Assembly (NCBI GenBank): GCA_046350775.1
Contig: JAXLZS010000001.1
Location: 156,379 to 220,378, forward strand
Direction of reading: 5' to 3'
Length of the DNA: 64,000 nt
Source: Minisyncoccota bacterium
GTDB taxonomy: Bacteria > Patescibacteriota > Minisyncoccia > Phycocordibacterales > UBA5272
Shown: positions 59,401 through 64,000 of the stretch, piece after piece
How the letters are laid out: each line of letters starts with the position of its first letter
Position numbering within the stretch: the first letter of the stretch is position 1
Notes under the pieces: generated by a model
Seen by the model: only the letters and a program-made list of their open reading frames with translations
Databases searched by the model: none
Told to the model about the DNA's origin: nothing
Position numbers and translations under genes: made by a program

Positions 59401-60120
59401 TTTTTCTAATTTTTGTAAAATTTCCTTTTCAAGCTCATCGAGATCCATAGCTTTGAAAATATTATATATAGCTTCTGCTCCAATCTCAGCTTCAAAAGCG
59501 ATACTATATCTCATAGAATATCTATGATATGTGATTTCGTCTAAGATTTTTCTTTCACGGATATCTTCGATTTCTTTTTTAGTAGCAAGCATCAATTCTT
59601 TCAATTTCTCTTTTGTCTTTTCATCTGTGGCAGCTTTGATCTTTGCTTTAAATTCACTTTCAAGATTTCTAAGAATTTCTTCTTTTTCTGCTTTATTAAC
59701 TTTAGTGATAATATAATTTGCAAAATAGACCACCTTTTCAACTTCTCCTGCTGGTTCACCTAAAATAAGAGCAATACGAGATGGAATATCTCTCAAAAAC
59801 CATATATGAGATACTGGTGAAGCGAGTTCGATATGACCCATTCTTTCGCGACGAACGATTGATTTTGTGACTTCTACTCCACATTTTTCACAAATAATAT
59901 CTTTGTATCTTATTCTTCTATATTTTCCACAATAACATTCATAGTCTTTTTCTGGACCAAAGATTTTTTCATCAAAAAGACCAGATCTTTCAGATCTACC
60001 TGTACGATAGTTAATTGTTTCTGGTTTTGTGACTTCTCCAAAACTCCAAGCACGAATAGCTTCTGGTGAGGCAATCTTAATCTGTAAAGCGTCAAAATTT
60101 GTTGTATCTATTGTTTTCAT
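56500..60120 (-). CDS. rpoC: DNA-directed RNA polymerase subunit beta-prime
   Basis: Zn-binding CxxC motifs (YECYCGKY...CEKCG), the catalytic NADFDGD triplet, and trigger-loop regions. Full-length. Confidence 0.95.
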   Translation of the reverse strand: MKTIDTTNFDALQIKIASPEAIRAWSFGEVTKPETINYRTGRSERSGLFDEKIFGPEKDYECYCGKYRRIRYKDIICEKCGVEVTKSIVRRERMGHIELASPVSHIWFLRDIPSRIALILGEPAGEVEKVVYFANYIITKVNKAEKEEILRNLESEFKAKIKAATDEKTKEKLKELMLATKKEIEDIRERKILDEITYHRYSMRYSIAFEAEIGAEAIYNIFKAMDLDELEKEILQKLEKISSIEREKQEKRLSLVRAFKTAGIRPEWMFLTALPVIPPGIRPMVALEGGRYATSDVNDLYRRVINRNNRLLKLKEISAPDVILRNEKRILQEAVDALIDNSKRRGQEATTIVGQKRQLKSLADGIKSKSGLFRQNLLGKRVDYSGRSVIVIGPDLALDECGLPKHMVLELFKPFVISKLLEREFTFNIRGANKLIEDGIPEVWEILEEVIEGKYVLLNRAPTLHRLGIQAFKPKMVEGNAIQLHPLVCTAFNADFDGDQMAVHLPLSEKAQEEARELMAANKNLLKPGSGDSITNPRMDMLLGCFWLTTEIPGALGEGKYFSSPNDAITAQEFGIVDLRAKIIVFPTTKEKYKKFEGKRFETTVGRLRFNSILPDDFEYINEQVGGNKMNQIIDRVITQYGFTIAPKIIDKIKTFGFKYATISGTTWSIDAVKVPEEKNSIIEKGKVEEQKIRKYFEEGLLSEEERYQKVIENWTSIRKEIENLMPTKGMEKYGSVYNLLTSGARGSVKQLIQLAGMKGIIASSSGKSIDFPIISSNKEGLSPIEYFITTYGARKGTSDTALKTAEAGYLTRRLVDVAQDIIISEENCGTKNSKLLKTENVLGIEIPLSKSIRGRVIAQDLMDKNGNVLFKKGHLVRKEDSKLIEEAGIEEAYIYSPLSCESLHGVCQRCYGLDLARNELVKVGEAVGIVAAQAIGEPGTQLTMRTFHSGGVAGADITQGLPRVAEIFERRAPKNPGVISLSNGEVVEVKRDGKSKSIVVLSNDDGSYGAAKKKGLKIEYDMAYSRRPIVKVGDKVTKGQPLTDGSLNIEQLYELAGREVTENYIATELNKVYELQGASISRKHMELIIKQMLSRIKIKEVGDTIFTQGDVVEVSDFRSENERVKAAGGTPAKGANLICGISDVALTTNSWLSSASFQHTTKVLINASARGQVDKLHGLKENVIIGKLIPAGTGIEDEKVEEDKE

Positions 60121-60157
60121 AATTTTATTTTAATTATTTTATTTATTAATCAAATTT

Positions 60158-63100
60158 TTAATCCTTTATTTTAATAACTTTTTCCTCACCTAATAATTTT
60201 TCTTTTTTCTTATAATTCTTTTCTGTAGATTCTAAAGGAATAACGTCTAAAGATAATCCTCTTAAAGTGTTTAGAAGCACATTTAGTGACGCTGGGGCAT
60301 TTGGCTCTTCTATTTCTTGATTCTTGATAATACTATTGAAAGCGTTTGATCTTCCAACAATATCATCAGACTTGATAGTCAAAACTTCACGCAAGGTGTG
60401 AGCTGCACCATATCCTTCGAGAGCCCAGACTTCCATTTCTCCAAATCTCTGTCCTCCGTTTTGAGACTTACCTCCGAGTGGCTGTTGAGTGATGAGTGAG
60501 TACGGACCGATTGAGCGAGCATGGATTTTGTCTTCCACCATGTGATGCAGCTTGAGCATGTACATGATACCTACCGCTACTTTTTCCGCAAATTTTTCTC
60601 CAGTTCTTCCGTCAAACAATTCTTGAGTACCAGATTCGTCAAATCCTGCTTTTACAAGTTCTTCTTTGATTTCTTTTTCAGTAGCACCATTGAAAACTGG
60701 CACTATAGATTGATAACCGAGAGTTTTTGCTGCAAGACCAAGATGCATTTCTAAAATCTGTCCAAGATTCATGCGGGATGGGACTCCGAGAGGAGTTAGG
60801 ATAATATCAATAGGCTCTCCATCGCTACTATATGGCATGTCTTCGATTGGAAGAACTTTTGAAATAACTCCTTTGTTTCCATGACGTCCAGCTAATTTGT
60901 CTCCGACTGAAATATCACGAAGTTGTGCTACTTCAATACAGATCTTTTTTATCACACCACTTTCAAGTGTGTCACCTTTTTCTCTAGAAAATACTTTTAT
61001 ACCAATGACTCTTCCTCTCTTTCCGTTATCAAGTCTTAGAGATGTATCTTTTACATCACGAATCTTCTCACCAAAGATACTTCTCAAGAGTCTTTCTTCT
61101 GGAGTCAATTCCGTCTCTCCTTTTGGTGTGATTTTTCCTACTAAAATATCTCCAGCTCTCACATCAGCACCAACTCTTATTATTCCATCCTCATCAAGAT
61201 TTTTAAGTTTTGATTCTCCGACATTTGGTATATCATGAGTTGTCACTTCTGCTCCTAGCTTTGTATCACGGACACTACACACAAATTCTTCGATATGAAT
61301 AGAAGAGAATTTCTTCTCACGTACAAGCTTTTCTGAGATTATGATAGCGTCTTCATAGTTTGCCCCATTCCAGCTCATAAATGCGACACGAATATTGTGT
61401 CCGATTGATATTTGTCCTCCACGAGTTGAGGATGAATCAGCGATGACTTCTCCTTTTTTAACTTTGTCTCCAATATTTACTATAGGTCTCTGATAAAATG
61501 CTGTAAAGTTGTTTGTACGAGTAAAGTCTACCAAATTGTAAGTCTTATCCTTTCCTTCTTTATTTGTGATAATTATCTTTTTAGCATCAATATATTTTAC
61601 TTCTCCCGCTTCTTCAGCTAAGACTATTCTGCTGATATGCTTTGCTGACTCAAGCTCCATACCAGTAGCGACATAAGGCGCTTCTGCGAGTAGTAGTGGT
61701 AATGCTTGTTTTTGCATGTTTGATCCGAGAGATGCACGTACAGCGTCATCATGCTCCAAGAATGGTATCAAGTTTGTAGCAATAGAGTAAGCTTGGTTTG
61801 TAGCTACATCAATATATTCAACTTCTTTTTTATTAACAACTGTTGGTGACCCACCTTTTCTAGCTTGAACAAATTCGTCTTTAATATTTCCATTTTCATC
61901 ATATTCTATAGCGGCATGTGTGATGACAGTAGATTCTTCTTGTAAAGCATTTAAATACTGAATCTCGTTTGTAATTTTTCCATTTTTTACTTTAACATAA
62001 GGAGTTTCTATTATTCCAAATTCATTTATCTTCGCATAAGTAGCCAATCTTAAGATAAGACCAACGTTCGCTCCATCTGGTGTGTGAATAGGACAAACAC
62101 GTCCATAGTGTGAAGTGTGCACATCGCGAACTTCAAATCCAGCTCTTTCTTTTGAAAGACCACCTGGGCCAAGAGCTGATACTGTACGAAGTGTCTCAAT
62201 CTCAGCAAGAATATTTTCTTGATTCATGAGATGAGAAAGCTGATTAACTGTAAAGAATTCTTTGATGCGAGCTTGCAATGGTCTTTGATTTACTATAGCT
62301 ACAGGCAAAGTGGTATCAGTATCAACAACAGACATTTTTTCTTGAATATATCTGCGTACTTGGATCATACCTTTTTTGATCTTCATACCAAGCATTTCTC
62401 CGACAAATCTCACTCTTCTTGATGCTAAATGATCTATATCATCACCACTCGCATCTGGATCATTGTTTAATTCGATAAGATGAGCAATAACCAAAACAAA
62501 ATCTTCTTTTGATAAAGTTAATCTTTTCATCTCTTTGCCTTCTAGCGGAAGATTGAATCTTTTATTAAAACGCAATCTACCGATTGGAGAAAGGTCGTAT
62601 CTCTCTTTTGAGAAAAGAGAAGTAATGTATGACTTTGCATTTTCAACAGTCGCAAGATCTCCATCGCGCAATTTTTTATAAATATCAATATAAGCTTCAT
62701 CAGCTGTCTTGATATTATCTTTTTCTGCGAGATTCATTATGTATGCTTTAGCCAAATCTCTTCCTTCAAAAGCTTTTGCTATGTCCTCATTCTTTGCATA
62801 TCCGAGAGCACGAAGAAGTGAAATAACTGAGAATTTTCTTTTTTTGTCTATCTTTACAATCATCTCATTTTCATCGTCAGTGATGAATTCTACCCAAGCA
62901 CCTCTATTTGGTACTATTTTAGCTGAAAAATATTTCTTTCCATTTATTTCCTCACAATCAAAAAATTCTCCAGCACTTCTTGCTAGCTGTGGAATGATCA
63001 CTCTTTCTACACCATTTATGATAAATGATCCGTGGACAGTCATCATCGGGAATGAAGCCAAAAATATTTCTTGTTCTTTTTCTGTATTTAAAATTTTATT

Positions 63101-63415
63101 GCGAAGTAAAATTGTCGCACGAAGTGGGGCCTCGTATGTCAATTTATTTTCTTTAGCATGTTCTTCTGTATATTTTGGCTCACCGAGCTCAAAAGATTTT
63201 ATTTCGAGTTCAAATTTTTTCTCAGTATAGTCTTTGATTGGATTTAATTCTTTTAGAATCAAATCTAAATCTTCTTCGACCAACTTCTTAAAAGAAGCTA
63301 TTTGGTTTTCCACAAGATTTGGTAAATCTGTGAATGGCTGTCTAAATTTTGAAAAGGTCTTTTTGGGTAAACTGGCTACTAATAAACTCTCGTTAATATT
63401 TTTTGTTTTGGACAT
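60158..63415 (-). CDS. rpoB: DNA-directed RNA polymerase subunit beta (start placed at the internal Met; the ORF extends to 63469)
   Basis: Conserved regions throughout (GGQRFGEMEVWALEGYGAAH...). Located upstream of rpoC. Confidence 0.95.
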   Translation of the reverse strand: MSKTKNINESLLVASLPKKTFSKFRQPFTDLPNLVENQIASFKKLVEEDLDLILKELNPIKDYTEKKFELEIKSFELGEPKYTEEHAKENKLTYEAPLRATILLRNKILNTEKEQEIFLASFPMMTVHGSFIINGVERVIIPQLARSAGEFFDCEEINGKKYFSAKIVPNRGAWVEFITDDENEMIVKIDKKRKFSVISLLRALGYAKNEDIAKAFEGRDLAKAYIMNLAEKDNIKTADEAYIDIYKKLRDGDLATVENAKSYITSLFSKERYDLSPIGRLRFNKRFNLPLEGKEMKRLTLSKEDFVLVIAHLIELNNDPDASGDDIDHLASRRVRFVGEMLGMKIKKGMIQVRRYIQEKMSVVDTDTTLPVAIVNQRPLQARIKEFFTVNQLSHLMNQENILAEIETLRTVSALGPGGLSKERAGFEVRDVHTSHYGRVCPIHTPDGANVGLILRLATYAKINEFGIIETPYVKVKNGKITNEIQYLNALQEESTVITHAAIEYDENGNIKDEFVQARKGGSPTVVNKKEVEYIDVATNQAYSIATNLIPFLEHDDAVRASLGSNMQKQALPLLLAEAPYVATGMELESAKHISRIVLAEEAGEVKYIDAKKIIITNKEGKDKTYNLVDFTRTNNFTAFYQRPIVNIGDKVKKGEVIADSSSTRGGQISIGHNIRVAFMSWNGANYEDAIIISEKLVREKKFSSIHIEEFVCSVRDTKLGAEVTTHDIPNVGESKLKNLDEDGIIRVGADVRAGDILVGKITPKGETELTPEERLLRSIFGEKIRDVKDTSLRLDNGKRGRVIGIKVFSREKGDTLESGVIKKICIEVAQLRDISVGDKLAGRHGNKGVISKVLPIEDMPYSSDGEPIDIILTPLGVPSRMNLGQILEMHLGLAAKTLGYQSIVPVFNGATEKEIKEELVKAGFDESGTQELFDGRTGEKFAEKVAVGIMYMLKLHHMVEDKIHARSIGPYSLITQQPLGGKSQNGGQRFGEMEVWALEGYGAAHTLREVLTIKSDDIVGRSNAFNSIIKNQEIEEPNAPASLNVLLNTLRGLSLDVIPLESTEKNYKKKEKLLGEEKVIKIKD

Positions 63416-63531
63416 ATAAAAAATAAAATAAATAAACGAAATATAAAATTTAAACAAAAGAGAGAGCAAAAAACAGACGGAAAGATACGCTGTAATTTAC
63501 TTTTTTACATTTGCATTTTTATATTTTTACT

Positions 63532-63555
63532 AATAATAATTTCGAAATTATTATT
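63532..63555. promoter_or_regulatory. perfect 24-bp palindrome AATAATAATTTCGAAATTATTATT in the rpoB leader (candidate operator or attenuator hairpin)
   Basis: Direct reading. The two 12-nt arms are exact reverse complements. Confidence 0.5.
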
Positions 63556-63654
63556 GACTTGAGTCACCCACAAAACTCAACCTGATGGAATAGAAGATAA
63601 GCCTCGTCAATATTGCATTTAATATATCATGTGCTAGGAAAAAATGCAAGAAAA

Positions 63655-63666
63655 TCTCTTGACAAA
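63655..63666 (-). promoter_or_regulatory. motif core upstream of rpoB (TTTTGTCAAGAG)
   Basis: Direct reading. Confidence 0.45.
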
Positions 63667-63674
63667 ATGTGAAT

Positions 63675-63700
63675 AAAAAACGCCCTGATTTACAGAGCGT
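63675..63700 (-). terminator. terminator of the upstream - strand gene, ahead of the rpoB promoter region
   Basis: acgctctg-taaat-cagggcgt stem followed by TTTTTTATT on the - strand. Confidence 0.6.
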
Positions 63701-63720
63701 ATTAGACAATATTGTTTTCT

Positions 63721-64000
63721 TTAAAAAACTGATCCAAATAAAATCTTTTCTCCTTTTTGAAGTACTGCTGGTGCTGTTCTAGAATAGCCTATACCTAAAG
63801 TATTTCCACCCGTTGTACAATAAGGTATTTGGGCTTCTTCATCATCATTGTCACACAATACTCTATCTTTTCCAAAACAATACGCTGGCGAGAGAATACA
63901 TCCAACATCGAAAATTAATTCCTTATAATTATTTCCTAAATAGACAAAACCTTCCATACCTACTAAATATAAAGAATTCTTAACCAGATCTTTTAAAAAA
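63721..64000 (-). CDS. 3' end of a gene that continues beyond the window edge; product unknown
   Basis: On the - strand the reading frame is open through position 64000. Confidence 0.4.
   Translation of the reverse strand, partial: FLKDLVKNSLYLVGMEGFVYLGNNYKELIFDVGCILSPAYCFGKDRVLCDNDDEEAQIPYCTTGGNTLGIGYSRTAPAVLQKGEKILFGSVF

Noticed and set aside
56462-63230. Numerous antisense/shadow ORFs inside rpoC, rpoB, the helicase genes, dnaG and rpoD
   Set aside because: They overlap strongly conserved genes on the opposite strand or a different frame and have low-complexity translations.

Overview
This 64 kb window is AT-rich (roughly 29% GC by eye), gene-dense, and dominated by informational and cell-envelope housekeeping genes. 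Almost no start codon has a recognisable Shine-Dalgarno sequence, and many core proteins are shortened (RF2 298 aa, DnaX 357 aa, CysRS 414 aa, ProRS 418 aa, RpoC 1206 aa). By inference this is a reduced-genome bacterium of the Patescibacteria/CPR type that uses the standard genetic code, since RF2 is present. Gene order on the + strand from 0 to 23 kb: HAD hydrolase (5' partial), a small membrane protein with 15-aa tandem repeats (- strand), prfB, ftsE, ftsX, a large TPR membrane protein, trpS, a secreted GH18-like hydrolase, scpA, scpB, a D-Ala-D-Ala carboxypeptidase, mraY, ftsW/rodA, mreB, a degenerate holB-like gene, frr, rseP, murG, serS, dus, dnaX. From 23 kb to the window end most genes lie on the - strand: gltX, sufD-like, sufB, proS, then an AddA-like helicase-nuclease with a Cas4-like mini-nuclease, convergent with a Pif1/RecD-like helicase on the + strand, then bcp, two tandem Cys-rich paralogs, rpmA (+ strand), rplI, ctpA, cysS (+ strand), dnaB (+ strand), recR (+ strand), rplU, murD, rmuC, a GC-rich two-gene island with an ORF-free segment and duplicated promoter-like blocks, rpoD, dnaG, rpoC, rpoB and a 3'-partial ORF at the edge. 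No rRNA, tRNA or CRISPR array was found. The most notable non-coding signal is a recurrent 18-nt motif, TTGTCAAGTCTTAAAAAT (core TTGTCAAG), sitting about 35-75 nt upstream of many housekeeping genes on both strands. Next most notable is a roughly 2.4 kb compositionally foreign island (50.0-52.4 kb) with two ~85-bp direct repeats flanking an ORF-free, structured-looking ~400 bp segment. Other signals are listed below: a Lys-rich N-terminal extension on RpoD, a perfect 24-bp palindrome in the rpoB leader, and several clean convergent rho-independent terminators. I saw no clearly novel defence system. The best candidate for something new is the helicase-nuclease neighbourhood at 28.6-36.3 kb, which is more likely AddAB-type repair.
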